Shown: piece after piece, positions 1 through 15,000 of the stretch
Numbering within the stretch: the stretch's first letter is position 1
Layout: every line of letters starts with the position of its first letter
Origin: Nymphaea colorata
Lineage: Eukaryota
Reading direction: 5' to 3'
Assembly (NCBI RefSeq): GCF_008831285.2
Contig: NC_045138.2
Span: 38,316,001 to 38,380,000 of the forward strand
DNA length: 64,000 nt
Program-made: the position numbers and the translations under genes
The notes under the pieces: generated by a model
What the model saw: the letters and a program-made list of their open reading frames with translations, nothing else
The model's database searches: none
What the model was told of the DNA's origin: nothing

Positions 1-3000
1 GAATTGAAGATATAGCCGATGCATGGCCAACTAGATTCATCGGCATAATGATCCGTTTTAGGAGGTTATGTGTGAGACAAAATCATTGACTCTGAAAAAA
101 CTGGGGTAGGAAAGATGTGATGAACCCTATACATCGAAAGGGGAAGCAGTACCTTGAGACATGGGAACTGCATATGGATCTTGATGAGGCAACGTCCCTA
201 CCATCAAGTTCAAAATGTCAATCACATGTATTTTAAATAAATGGCAGATTGAAGACATAGCCGATGCATGGCCAACTAGATGCATCGACATAATGGCATG
301 TTTTAGGATGTTATATGTGAGACAAAAGTATTGTCTATAAAAATACCATGGTAGGAAAGATTCAATGAACCCCGTACAACAAGAGGGGAAACAGTTCCGT
401 AAGACATACGAATTGCATATGGATATTGTTGAGGCAACGTCTCTACAATCACGTTAAAAATGTCAATTACACGCCTTTGAAATAAATGGTGAATTGAAGA
501 TATAGCCGATGCATGGCCAACTAGATGCATCGGCATAATGATCCGTTTTAGGAGGTTATGTGTGAGACAAAAGCATTGACTCTGAAAAAACTGGGGTAGG
601 AAAGATGTGATGAACCCTATACATCGAAAGGCAGTACCTTGAGACATGGGAACTGCATATGGATCTTGATGAGGCTACGTCCCTACTATCAAGTTCAAAA
701 TGTCAATCACATGTGTTTTAAATAAATGGCAGACTAAAGACATAGCCGATGCATGGCCAACTAGATGCATCGACATAATGGCATGTTTTAGGATGTTATA
801 TGTGAGACAAAAGTATTGTCTATGAAAATACCATGGTAGGAAAGATACGATGAACCCCGTACAACAAGAGGGGTAGCAGTTCCGTAAGACATGTGAACTG
901 CATATGGATAATGATGAGGCAACGTCCATACCATCAAGTTCAAAATCTCAATCACATGCATTTGAAATAAATGGTGAACTGAAGACATAGCCGATGCATG
1001 GCCAACTAGATGCATCGACATAATAGCAATGTTTTTGGATGTTATATGTGAGACAAAAGTATTGTCTATGAAAAATACTATGGTAGGAAAGATACGATGA
1101 ACCCCGTACAACAAGAGGGGAAGCAGTTCTGTAAGACATGCGAACTGCATATGGATATTGTTGAGGCAACGACTCCACAATCAAGTTAAAAATGTCAATT
1201 ACACGCCTTTGAAATAAATGGTGAATTGAAGATATAGCCGATGCATGGCCAACTAGATTCATCGGCATAATGATCCGTTCTAGGAGGTTATGTGTCAGAC
1301 AAAAGCATTGACTCTGAAAAAACTGGGGTAGGAAAGATGTGATGAACCCTATACATCGAAAGGGGAAGCAGTACCTTGAGACATGGGAACTGCATATGGA
1401 TCTTGATGGGGCAACGTCCCTACCATCAAGTTCAAAATGTCAATCACATGTATTTTAAATAAATGGCAGACTGAAGACATAGCCGATGCATGGCCAACTA
1501 GATGCATCGACATAATGGCATGTTTTAGGATGTTATATGTGAGACAAAAGTATTGTCTATGAAAATACCATGGTAGGAAAGATACGATGAACCCCGTACA
1601 ACAAGAGGGGAAACAGTTCCGTAAGACATACGAACTGCATATGGATATTGTTGAGGCAACGTCTCCACAATCACGTTAAAAATGTCAATTACACGCCTTT
1701 GAAATAAATGGTGAATTGAGGATATAGCCGATGCATGGCCAACTAGATTCATCGGCATAATGATCCGTTTTAGGAGGTTATGTGTGAGACAAAATCATTG
1801 ACTCTGAAAAAACTGGGGTAGGAAAGATGTGATGAACCCTATACATCGAAAGGGAAAGTAGTACCATGAGACATGGGAACTGCATATGGATCTTGATGAG
1901 GCTACGTCCCTACTATCAAGTTCAAAATGTCAATCACATGTGTTTTAAATAAATGGCAGACTAAAGACATAGCCGATGCATGGCCAACTAGATGCATCGA
2001 CATAATGGCATGTTTTAGGATGTTATATGTGAGACAAAAGTATTGTCTATGAAAATACCATGGTAGGAAAGATACGATGAACCCCGTACAACAAGAGGGG
2101 TAGCAGTTCCGTAAGACATGTGAACTGCATATGGATATTGATGAGGCAACTTCCATATCATCAAGTTCAAAATCTCAATCACATGCATTTGAAATAAATG
2201 GCGAACTGAAGACATAGCCGATGCATGGCCAAACTAGATGCATCGACATAATAGCAATGTTTTATTATGTGTATGAAAGATACGATGAACCCCGTACAAC
2301 AAGAGGGGAAGCAGTTCTGTAAGACATGCGAACTGCATATGGATATTGTTGAGGCAACGTCACCACAATCAAGTAAAAATGTCAATTACACGCCTTTGAA
2401 ATAAATGGTGAATTGAAGATATAGCCGATGCATGGCCAACTAGATTCATCGGCATAATGATCCGTTTTAGGAGGTTATGTGTGAGACAAAATCATTGACT
2501 CTGAAAAAACTGGGGTAGGAAAGATGTGATGAACCCTATACATCGAAAGGGGAAGCAGTACCTTGAGACATGGGAACTGCATATGGATCTTGATGAGGCA
2601 ACGTCCCTACCATCAAGTTCAAAATGTCAATCACATGTATTTTAAATAAATGGCAGATTGAAGACATAGCCGATGCATGGCCAACTAGATGCATCAACAT
2701 AATGGCATGTTTTAGGATGTTATATGTGAGACAAAAGTATTGTCTATGAAAATACCATGGTAGGAAAGATTCGATGAACCCCGTACAACAAGAGGGGAAA
2801 CAGTTCCGTAAGACATAAGAACTGCATATGGATATTGTTGAGGCAACGTCTCTACAATCACGTTAAAAATGTCAATTACACGACTTTGAAATAAATGGTG
2901 AATTGAAGATATAGCCGATGCATGGCCAACTAGATGCATCGGCATAATGATCCGTTTTAGGAGGTTATGTGTGAGACAAAAGCATTGACTCTGGAAAAAC

Positions 3001-6000
3001 TGGGGTAGGAAAGATGTGATGAACCCTATACATTGGAAGGGAAAGCAGTACCATGAGACATGGGAACTGCATATGGATCTTGATGAGGCAACGTCCTTAC
3101 CATCAAGTTCAAAATGTCAATCACATGTATTTTAAATAAATGGCAGACTGAAGGCATAGCCGATGCATGGCCAACTAGATGCATCGACATAATGGCATGT
3201 TTTAGGATGTTATATGTGAGACAAAAGTATTGTCTATGAAAATACCATGGAAGGAAAGATACGATGAACCCCGTACAACAAGAGGGGTAGCAGTTCCGTA
3301 AGACATGTGAACTGCATATGGATATTGATGAGGCAACGTCCATACCATCAAGTTCAAAATCTCAATCACATGCATTTGAAATAAATGGCGAACTGAAGAC
3401 ATAGCCGATGCATGGCCAACTAGATGCATCGACATAATAGCAATGTTTTTGGATGTTATATGTGAGACAAATGTATTGTCTATGAAAATACCATGGTAGG
3501 AAAGATTCAATGAACCCCATATAACAAGGGGGGAAACAGTTCCGTAAGACATACAAATTGCATATGGATATTGTTGAGGCAACGTCTCCACAATCACGTT
3601 AAAAATGTCAATTACACGCCTTTGAAATAAATGGTGAATTGAAGATATAGCCGATGCATGGCCAACTAGATGCATTGGCATAATGATCCGTTTTAGGAGG
3701 TTCTGTGTGAGACAAAAGCGTTGACTCTGAAAAAACTGGGGTAGGAAAGATGTGATGAACCCTATACATCGAAAGGGGAAGCAGTACCTTGAGACATGGG
3801 AACTACATATGGATCTTGATGAGGCAACGTCCCTACCATCAAGTTCAAAATGTCAATGACATGTATTTTAAATAAATGGCAGACTAAAGACATAGCCGAT
3901 GCATGGCCAACTAGATGCATCGACATAATGGCATGTTTTAGGATGTTATATGTGAGACAAAAGTATTGTCTATGAAAATACCATGGTAGGAAAGATACGA
4001 TGAACCCCGTACAACAAGAGGGGTAGCAGTTCCGTAAGACATGTGAACTGCATATGGATGTTGATGAGGCAACGTCCCTACCATCAAGTTCAAAATCTCA
4101 ATCACATGCATTTGAAATAAATGGCGAACTGAAGACATAGCCGATGCATGGCCAACTAGATGCATCGACACAATAACAATGTTTTTGGATGTTATATGTG
4201 AGACAAAAGTATTGTCTATGAAAATACCATGGTAGGAAAGATACGATGAACCCCGTACAACAAGAGGGGTAGCTGTTCCGTAAGACAAGTGAACTGCATA
4301 TGGATATTGATGAGGCAACGTCCATACCATCAAGTTCAAAATCTCAATTACATGCATTTGAAATAAATGGCGAACTGAAGACATAGCCGATGCATGGCCA
4401 AACTAGATGCATCGACATAATAGCAATGTTTTATTATGTGTATGAAAGATACGATGAACCCCGTACAACAAGAGGGGAAGCAGTTCTGTAAGACATGCGA
4501 ACTGCATATGGATATTGTTGAGGCAACGTCACCACAATCAAGTAAAAAATGTCAATTAAACGCCTTTGAAATAAATGGTGAATTGAAGATATAGCCGATG
4601 CATGGCCAACTAGATTCATCGGCATAATGATCCGTTTTAGGAGGTTATGTGTGAGACAAAATCATTGACTCTGAAAAAACTGGGGTAGGAAAGATGTGAT
4701 GAACCCTATACATCGAAAGGGGAAGCAGTACCTTGAGACATGGGAACTGCATATGGATCTTGATGAGGCAACGTCCCTACCATCAAGTTCAAAATGTCAA
4801 TCACATGTATTTTAAATAAATGGCAGATTGAAGACATAGCCAATGCATGGCCAACTAGATGCATCGACATAATGGCATGTTTTAGGATGTTATATGTGAG
4901 ACAAAAGTATTGTCTATGAAAATACCATGGTAGGAAAGATACGATGAACCCCGTACAACAAGAGGGGAAACGGTTCCGTAAGACATACGAACTGCATATG
5001 GATATTGTTGAGGCAACGTCTCTACAATCACGTTAAAAATGTCAATTACACGCCTTTGAAATAAATGGTGAATTGAAGATATAGCCGATGCATGGCCAAC
5101 TAGATGCATCGGCATAATGATCCGTTTTAGGAGGTTATGTGTGAGACAAAAGCATTGACTCTGGAAAAACTGGGGTAGGAAAGATGTGATGAACCCTATA
5201 CATCGGAAGGGAAAGCAGTACCATGAGACTTGGGAACTGCATATGGATCTTGATGAGGCAACGTCCTTACCATCAAGTTCAAAATGTCAATCACATGTAT
5301 TTTAAATAAATGGCAGACTGAAGACATAGCCGATGCATGGCCAACTAGATGCATCGACATAATGGCATGTTTTAGGATGTCATATGTGAGACAAAAGTAT
5401 TGTCTATGAAAATACCATGGAAGGAAAGATACGATGAACCCCGTACAACAAGAGGGGAAGCAGTTCTGTAAGACATGCGAACTGCATATGGATATTGTTG
5501 AGGCAACGTCTCCACAATCAAGTGAAAAATGTCAATTACACGCCTTTGAAATAAATGGTGAATTGAAGATATAGCCGATGCATGGCCAACTAGATGCATT
5601 GGCATAATGATCCGTTTTAGGAGGTTATGTGTGAGACAAAAGCGTTGACTCTGAAAAAACTGGGGTAGGAAAGATGTGATGAACCCTATACATCGAAAGG
5701 GGAAGCAGTACCTTGAGACATGGGAACTACATATGGATCTTGATGAGGCAACGTCCCTACCATCAAGTTCAAAATGTCAATGACATGTATTTTAAATAAA
5801 TGGCAGACTAAAGACATAGCCGATGCATGGCCAACTAGATGCATCGACATAATGGCATGTTTTAGGATGTTATATGTGAGACAAAAGTATTGTCTATGAA
5901 AATACCATGGTAGGAAAGATACGATGAACCCCGTACAACAAGAGGGGTAGCAGTTCCGTAAGACATGTGAACTGCATATGGATGTTGATGAGGCAACGTC

Positions 6001-9000
6001 CCTACCATCAAGTTCAAAATCTCAATCACATGCATTTGAAATAAATGGCGAACTGAAGACATAGCCGATGCATGGCCAACTAGATGCATCGACACAATAA
6101 CAATGTTTTTGGATGTTATATGTGAGACAAAAGTATTGTCTATGAAAATACCATGGTAGGAAAGATACGATGAACCCCGTACAACAAGAGGGGTAGCAGT
6201 TCCGTAAGACAAGTGAACTGCATATGGATATTGATGAGGCAACGTCCATACCATCAAGTTCAAAATCTCAATTACATGCATTTGAAATAAATGGCGAACT
6301 GAAGACATAGCCGATGCATGGCCAAACTAGATGCATCGACATAATAGCAATGTTTTATTATGTGTATGAAAGATACGATGAACCCCGTACAACAAGAGGG
6401 GAAGCAGTTCTGTAAGACATGCGAACTGCATATGGATATTGTTGAGGCAACGTCACCACAATCAAGTAAAAAATGTCAATTAAACGCCTTTGAAATAAAT
6501 GGTGAATTGAAGATATAGCCGATGCATGGCCAACTAGATTCATCGGCATAATGATCCGTTTTAGGAGGTTATGTGTGAGACAAAATCATTGACTCTGAAA
6601 AAACTGGGGTAGGAAAGATGTGATGAACCCTATACATCGAAAGGGGAAGCAGTACCTTGAGACATGGGAACTGCATATGGATCTTGATGAGGCAACGTCC
6701 CTACCATCAAGTTCAAAATGTCAATCACATGTATTTTAAATAAATGGCAGATTGAAGACATAGCCAATGCATGGCCAACTAGATGCATCGACATAATGGC
6801 ATGTTTTAGGATGTTATATGTGAGACAAAAGTATTGTCTATGAAAATACCATGGTAGGAAAGATACGATGAACCCCGTACAACAAGAGGGGAAACAGTTC
6901 CGTAAAACATACGAACTGCATATGGATATTGTTGAGGCAACGTCTCTACAATCACGTTAAAAATGTCAATTACACGCCTTTGAAATAAATGGTGAATTGA
7001 AGATATAGCCGATGCATGGCCAACTAGATGCATCGGCATAATGATCCGTTTTAGGAGGTTATGTGTGAGACAAAAGCATTGACTCTGAAAAAACTGGGGT
7101 AGGAAAGATGTGATGAACCCTATACATCGGAAGGGAAAGCAGTACCATGAGACATGGGAACTGCATATGGATCTTGATGAGGCAACGTCCTTACCATCAA
7201 GTTCAAAATGTCAATCACATGTATTTTAAATAAATGGCAGACTGAAGACATAGCCGATGCATGGCCAACTAGATGCATCGACATAATGGCATGTTTTAGG
7301 ATGTTATATGTGAGACAAAAGTATTGTCTATGAAAATACCATGGAAGGAAAGATACGATGAACCCCGTACAACAAGAGGGGAAGCAGTTCTGTAAGACAT
7401 GCGAACTGCATATGGATATTGTTGAGGCAACGTCTCCACAATCAAGTGAAAAATGTCAATTACACGCCTTTGAAATAAATGGTGAATTGAAGATATAGCC
7501 GATGCATGGCCAACTAGATGCATTGGCATAATGATCCGTTTTAGGAGGTTATGTGTGAGACAAAAGCGTTGACTCTGAAAAAACTGGGGTAGGAAAGATG
7601 TGATGAACCCTATACATCGAAAGGGGAAGCAGTACCTTGAGACATGGGAACTACATATGGATATTGATGAGGCAACGTCCATACCATCAAGTTCAAAATC
7701 TCAATCACATGCATTTGAAATAAATGGCGAACTGAAGACATAGCCGATGCATGGCCAAACTAGATGCATCGACATAATAGCAATGTTTTATTATGTGTAT
7801 GAAAGATACGATGAACCCCGTACAACAAGAGGGGAAGCAGTTCTGTAAGACATGCGAACTGCATATGGATATTGTTGAGGCAACGTCACCACAATCAAGT
7901 AAAAAATGTCAATTACACGCCTTTGAAATAAATGGTGAATTGAAGATATAGCCGATGCATGGCCAACTAGATTCATCGGCATAATGATCCGTTTTAGAAG
8001 GTTATGTGTGAGACAAAATCATTGACTCTGAAAAAACTGGGGTAGGAAAGATGTGATGAACCCTATACATCGAAAGGGGAAGCAGTACCTTGAGACATGG
8101 GAACTGCATATGGATCTTGATGAGGCAACGTCCCTACCATCAAGTTCAAAATGTCAATCACATGTATTTTAAATAAATGGCAGATTGAAGACATAGCCAA
8201 TGCATGGCCAACTAGATGCATCGACATAATGGCATGTTTTAGGATGTTATATGTGAGACAAAAGTATTGTCTATGAAAATACCATGGTAGGAAAGATACG
8301 ATGAACCCCGTACAACAAGAGGGGAAACAGTTCCGTAAAACATACGAACTGCATATGGATATTGTTGAGGCAACGTCTCTACAATCACGTTAAAAATGTC
8401 AATTACACGCCTTTGAAATAAATGGTGAATTGAAGATATAGCCGATGCATGGCCAACTAGATGCATCGGCATAATGATCCGTTTTAGGAGGTTATGTGTG
8501 AGACAAAAGCATTGACTCTGGAAAAACTGGGGTAGGAAAGATGTGATGAACCCTATACATCGGAAGGGAAAGCAGTACCATGAGACATGGGAACTGCATA
8601 TGGATCTTGATGAGGCAACGTCCTTACCATCAAGTTCAAAATGTCAATCACATGTATTTTAAATAAATGGCAGACTGAAGACATAGCCGATGCGTGCCCA
8701 ACTAGATGCATCGACATAATGGCATGTTTTAGGATGTTATATGTGAGACAAAAGTATTGTCTATGAAAATACCATGGAAGGAAAGATACGATGAACCCCG
8801 TACAACAAGAGGGGAAGCAGTTCTGTAAGACATGCGAACTGCATATGGATATTGTTGAGGCAACGTCTCCACAATCAAGTGAAAAATGTCAATTACACGC
8901 CTTTGAAATAAATGGTGAATTGAAGATATAGCCGATGCATGGCCAACTAGATGCATTGGCATAATGATCCGTTTTAGGAGGTTATGTGTGAGACAAAAGC

Positions 9001-12000
9001 GTTGACTCTGAAAAAACTGGGGTAGGAAAGATGTGATGAACCCTATACATCGAAAGGGGAAGCAGTACCTTGAGGCATGGGAACTACATATGGATCTTGA
9101 TGAGGCAACGTCCCTACCATCAAGTTCAAAATGTCAATCACATGTATTTTAAATAAATGGCAGACTAAAGACATAGCCGATGCATGGCCAACTAGATGCA
9201 TCGACATAATGGCATGTTTTAGGATGTTATATGTGAGACAAAAGTATTGTCTATGAAAATACCATGGTAGGAAAGATACGATGAACCCCGCACAACAAGA
9301 GGGGTAGCAGTTCCGTAAGACATGTGAACTGCATTTGGATGTTGATGAGGCAACGTCCATACCATCAAGTTCAAAATCTCAATCACATGCATTTGAAATA
9401 AATGGCGAACTGAAGACATAGCCGATGCATGGCCAACTAGATGCATCGACACAATAGCAATGTTTTTGGATGTTATATGTGAGACAAAAGTATTGTCTAT
9501 GAAAATACCATGGTAGGAAAGATACGATGAACCCCGTACAACAAGAGGGGTAGCAGTTCCGTAAGACATGTGAACTGCATATGGATATTGATGAGGCAAC
9601 GTCCATACCATCAAGTTCAAAATCTCAATCACATGCATTTGAAATAAATGGCGAACTGAAGACATAGCCGATGCATGGCCAACTAGATGCATCGACATAA
9701 TAGCAATGTTTTTGGATGTTATATGTGAGACAAAAGTATTGTCTATGAAAATACCATGGTGGCAAAGATTCAATGAACCCCATATAACAAGAGGGGAAAC
9801 AGTTCCGTAAGACATACGAATTGCATATGGATATTGTTGAGGCAACGTCTCCACAATCACGTTAAAAATGTCAATTACACGCCTTTGAAATAAATGGTGA
9901 ATTGAAGATATAGCCGATGCATGGCCAACTAGATGCATTGGCATAATGATCCGTTTTAGGAGGTTATGTGTGAGACAAAAGCGTTGACTCTCAAAAACTA
10001 GGGTAGGAAAGATGTGATGAACCCTATACATCGAAAGGGGAAGCAGTACCTTGAGACATGGGAACTGCATATGGATCTTGATGAGGCAACGTCCCTACCA
10101 TCAAGTTCAAAATGTCAATCACATGTATTTTAAATAAATGGCAGACTAAAGACATAGCCGATGCATGGCCAACTAGATGCATCGACATAATGGCATGTTT
10201 TAGGATGTTATATGTGAGACAAAAGTATTGTCTATGAAAATACCATGGTAGGAAAGATACGATGAACCCCGCACAACAAGAGGGGTAGCAGTTCCGTAAG
10301 ACATGTGAACTGCATATGGATGTTGATGAGGCAACGTCCATACCATCAAGTTCAAAATCTCAATCACATGCATTTGAAATAAATGGCGAACTGAAGACAT
10401 AGCCGATGCATGGCCAACTAGATGCATCGACACAATAGCAATGTTTTTGGATGTTATATGTGAGACAAAAGTATTGTCTATGAAAATACCATGGTAGGAA
10501 AGATACGATGAACCCCGTACAACAAGAGGGGTAGCAGTTCCGTAAGACATGTGAACTGCATATGGATATTGATGAGGCAACGTCCATACCATCAAGTTCA
10601 AAATCTCAATCACATGCATTTGAAATAAATGGCGAACTGAAGACATAGCCGATGCATGGCCAACTAGATGCATCGACATAATAGCAATGTTTTTGGATGT
10701 TATATGTGAGACAAAAGTATTGTCTATGAAAATACCATGGTAGCAAAGATTCAATGAACCCCATATAACAAGAGGGGAAACAGTTCCGTAAGACATACGA
10801 ATTGCATATGGATATTGTTGAGGCAACGTCTCCACAATCACGTTAAAAATGTCAATTACACGCCTTTGAAATAAATGGTGAATTGAAGATATAGCCGATG
10901 CATGGCCAACTAGATGCATTGGCATAATGATCCGTTTTAGGAGGTTATGTGTGAGACAAAAGCGTTGACTCTGAAAAAACTGGGGTAGGAAAGATGTGAT
11001 GAACCCTATACATCGAAAGGGGAAGCAGTACCTTGAGACATGGGAACTGCATATGGATCTTGATGAGGCAACGTCCCTACCATCAAGTTCAAAATGTCAA
11101 TCACATGTATTTTAAATAAATGGCAGACTAAAGACATAGCCGATGCATGGCCAACTAGATGCATCGACATAATGGCATGTTTTAGGATGTTATATGTGAG
11201 ACAAAAGTATTGTCTATGAAAATACCATGGTAGGAAAGATACGATGGACCCCGTACAACAAGAGGGGTAGCACTTCTGTAAGACATGTGAACTGCATATG
11301 GATATTGATGACGCAACGTCCATACCATCAAGTTCAAAATCTCAATCACATGCATTTGAAATAAATGGCGAACTGAAGACATAGCCGATGCATGGCCAAC
11401 TAGATGCATCGACATAATAGCAATGTTTTAGAATGTTATATGTGAGACAAAAGTATTGTCTATGAAAAATACTATGGTAGGAAAGATACGATGAACCCCG
11501 TACAACAAGAGGGGAAGCAGTTCTATAAGACATGCGAACTGCATATGGATATTGTTGAGGCAACGTCTCCACAATCAAGTGAAAAATGTCAATTACACGC
11601 CTTTGAAATAAATGGTGAATTGAAGATATAGCCGATGCATGGCCAACTAGATACATCGGCATAATGATCCGTTTTAGGAGGTTATGTGTGAGACAAAATC
11701 ATTGACTCTGAAAAAACTGGGGTAGGAAAGACGTGATGAACCCTATACATCGAAAGGGGAAGCAGTACCTTGAGACATGGGAACTGCATATGGATCTTGA
11801 TGAGGCAACGTCCCTACCATCAAGTTCAAAATGTCAATCACATGTATTTTAAATAAATGGCAGACTGAAGACATAGCCGATGCATGGCCAACTAGATGCA
11901 TCGACATAATGGCATGTTTTAGGATGTTATATGTGACACAAAAGTATTGTCTATGAAAATACCATGGTAGGAAAAATACGATGGACCCCGTACAACAAGA

Positions 12001-15000
12001 GGGGAAACAGTTCCGTAAGACATACGAATTGCATATGGATATTATTGAGGCAACGTCTCCACAATCACGTTAAAAATGTCAATTCCACGCCTTTGAAATA
12101 AATGGTGAATTGAAGACAAAGCCGATGCATGGCCAACTAGATGCATCGGCATAATGATCCGTTTTAAGAGGTTATGTGTGAGACAAAAGCATGGACTCTG
12201 AAAAAACTTGGGAAGGAAAGATGTGATGAACCCTATACATCGAAACGGAAAGCAGTACCATGAGACATGGGAACTGCATATGGATCTTGATGAGGCTACA
12301 TCCCTACTATCAAGTTCAAAATGTCAATCACATGTATTTTAAATAAATGGCAGACTGAAGACATAGCCGATGCATGGCCAACTAGATGCATCGACATAAT
12401 GGCATGTTTTAGGATGTTATATGTGAGACAAAAGTATTGTCTATGAAAATACCATGGTAGGAAAGATACGATGAACCCCGTACAACAAGAGGGGTAGCAG
12501 TTCCGTAAGACATGTGAACTGCATATGGATATTGATGAGGCAACGTCCATACCATCAAGTTCAAAATCTCAATCACATGCATTTGAAATAAATGGCGAAC
12601 TGAAGACATAGCCGATGCATGATGGTACCTTGAGACATGGGATTTGCATATGGATCTTGATGAGCCAACGTCTCTACCATCAAATTCAAAATGTCAATCA
12701 CATGTATTTTAAATAAATGGCAGCCTGAAGACATAGCCGATGCATGGCCACCTAGATGCATCAACATAATGGCCTGTTTTAGGATGTTATATGTGAGACA
12801 AAAGTATTGTCTATGAAAATACCATGGTAGGAAAGATACGATGAACCCCGTACAACAAGAGGGGAAACAGTTCCGTAAGACATACGAACTGCATATGGAT
12901 ATTGTTGAGGCAACGTCTCCACAATCACGTTAAAAATGTCAATAACACGCCTTTGAAATAAATGGTGAATTGAAGATATAGCCGATGCATGGCCAACTAG
13001 ATGCATCGGCATAATGATCCGTTTTAGGAGGTTATGTGTGAGACAAAAGCATTGACTCTGAAAAACTGGGGTAGGAAAGATGTGATGAACCATATACATC
13101 GAAAGGGAAAGCAGTACCATGAGACATGGGAACTGCATATGGATCTTGATGAGGCAACGTCCCTACCTTCAAGTCAAAATGTCAATCACATGTATTTTAA
13201 ATAAATGGCAGACTGAAGACGTAGCCGATGCATGGCCAACTAGATGCATCGACATAATGGCATGTTTTAGGATGTTATATGTGAGACAAAAGTATTGTCT
13301 ATGAAAATACCATGGTAGGAAAGATACGATGAACCCCGTACAACAAGAGGGGTAGCAGTTCCGTAAGACATGTGAACTGCATATGGATATTGATGAGGTA
13401 ACGTCCATACCATCAAGTTCAAAATCTCAATCACATGCATTTGAAATAAATGGCGAAATGAAGACATAGCCGATGCATGGCCAACTAGATGCATCGACAT
13501 AATAGCAATGTTTTTGGATGTTATATGTGAGACAAAACTATTGTCTATGAAAAATACTATGGTAGGAAAGATACGATGAACCGCGTACAACAAGAGGGGA
13601 AGCAGTTCTGTAAGACATGCGAACTGCATATGGATATTGTTGAGGCAACGTCTCCACAATCAAGTGAAAAATGTCAATTACACGCCTTTGAAATAAATGG
13701 TGAATTGAAGATATAGCCGATGCATGGCCAACTAGATTCATCGGCATAATGATCCGTTTTAGTAGGTTATGTGTGAGACAAAAGCATTGACTCTGAAAAA
13801 ACTAGGGTAGGGAAGATGTGATGAACCCTGTACATCGAAAGGGGAAGCAGTACCTTGAGACATGCGAACTGCATATGGATCTTGATGACGCAACGTCCCT
13901 ACCATCAAGTTCAAAATGTCAATCACATGTATTTTAAATAAATGGCAGACTGAAGACATAGCCGATGCATGGCCAACTAGATGCATCGACATAATGGCAT
14001 GTTTTAGGATGTTGTATGTGAGACAAAAGTATTGTCTATGAAAATACCATGGTAGGAAAGATACGATGAACCCCGTACAACAAGAGGGGTAGCAGTTCCG
14101 TAAGACATGTGAACTGCATATAGATATTGATGAGGCAACGTCCATACCATCAAGTTCAAAATCTCAATCACATGCATTTGAAATAAATGGCGAATTGAAG
14201 ACATAGCCGATGCATGGCCAACTAGATGCATCGACATAATAGCAATGTTTTAGGATGTTATATGTGAGACAAAAGTATTGTCTATGAAAAATACTATGGT
14301 AGGAAAGATACGATGAACCCCGTACAACAAGAGGGGAAGCAGTTCTGTAAGACATGTGAACTGCATATGGATATTGTTGAGGCAACGTCTCCACAATCAA
14401 GTGAAAAATGTCAATTACACGCCTTTGAAATAAATGGTGAATTGAAGATATAGCCGATGCATGGCCAACTAGATGCATCGGCATAATGATCCGTTTTAGG
14501 AGGTTATGTGTGAGACAAAATCATTGACTCTGAAAAAACTGGGGTAGGAAAGATGTGATGAACCCTATACATCGAAAGGGGAAGCAGTACCTTGAGACAT
14601 GGGAACTGCATATGGATCTTGATGAGACAACGTCCCTACCATCAAGTTCAAAATGTCAATCACATGTATTTTAAATAAATGGCAGACTGAAGACATAGCC
14701 GATGCATGGCCAATTAGATGCATCGACATAATGGCATGTTTTAGGATGTTATATGTGAGACAAAAGTATTGTCTATGAAAATACCATGGTAGTAAAGATA
14801 CGATGAATCCCGTACAACATGAGGGGAAACAATTCCGTAAGACATACGAACTGCATATGGATATTGTTGAGGCAACGTCTCCACAATCAAGTTAAAAATG
14901 TCAATTTCACGCCTTTGAAATAAAGGGTGAATTAAAGATATAGCCGATGCATGGCCAACTAGATGCATCGGCATAATGATCCGTTTTAGGAGGTTATGTG

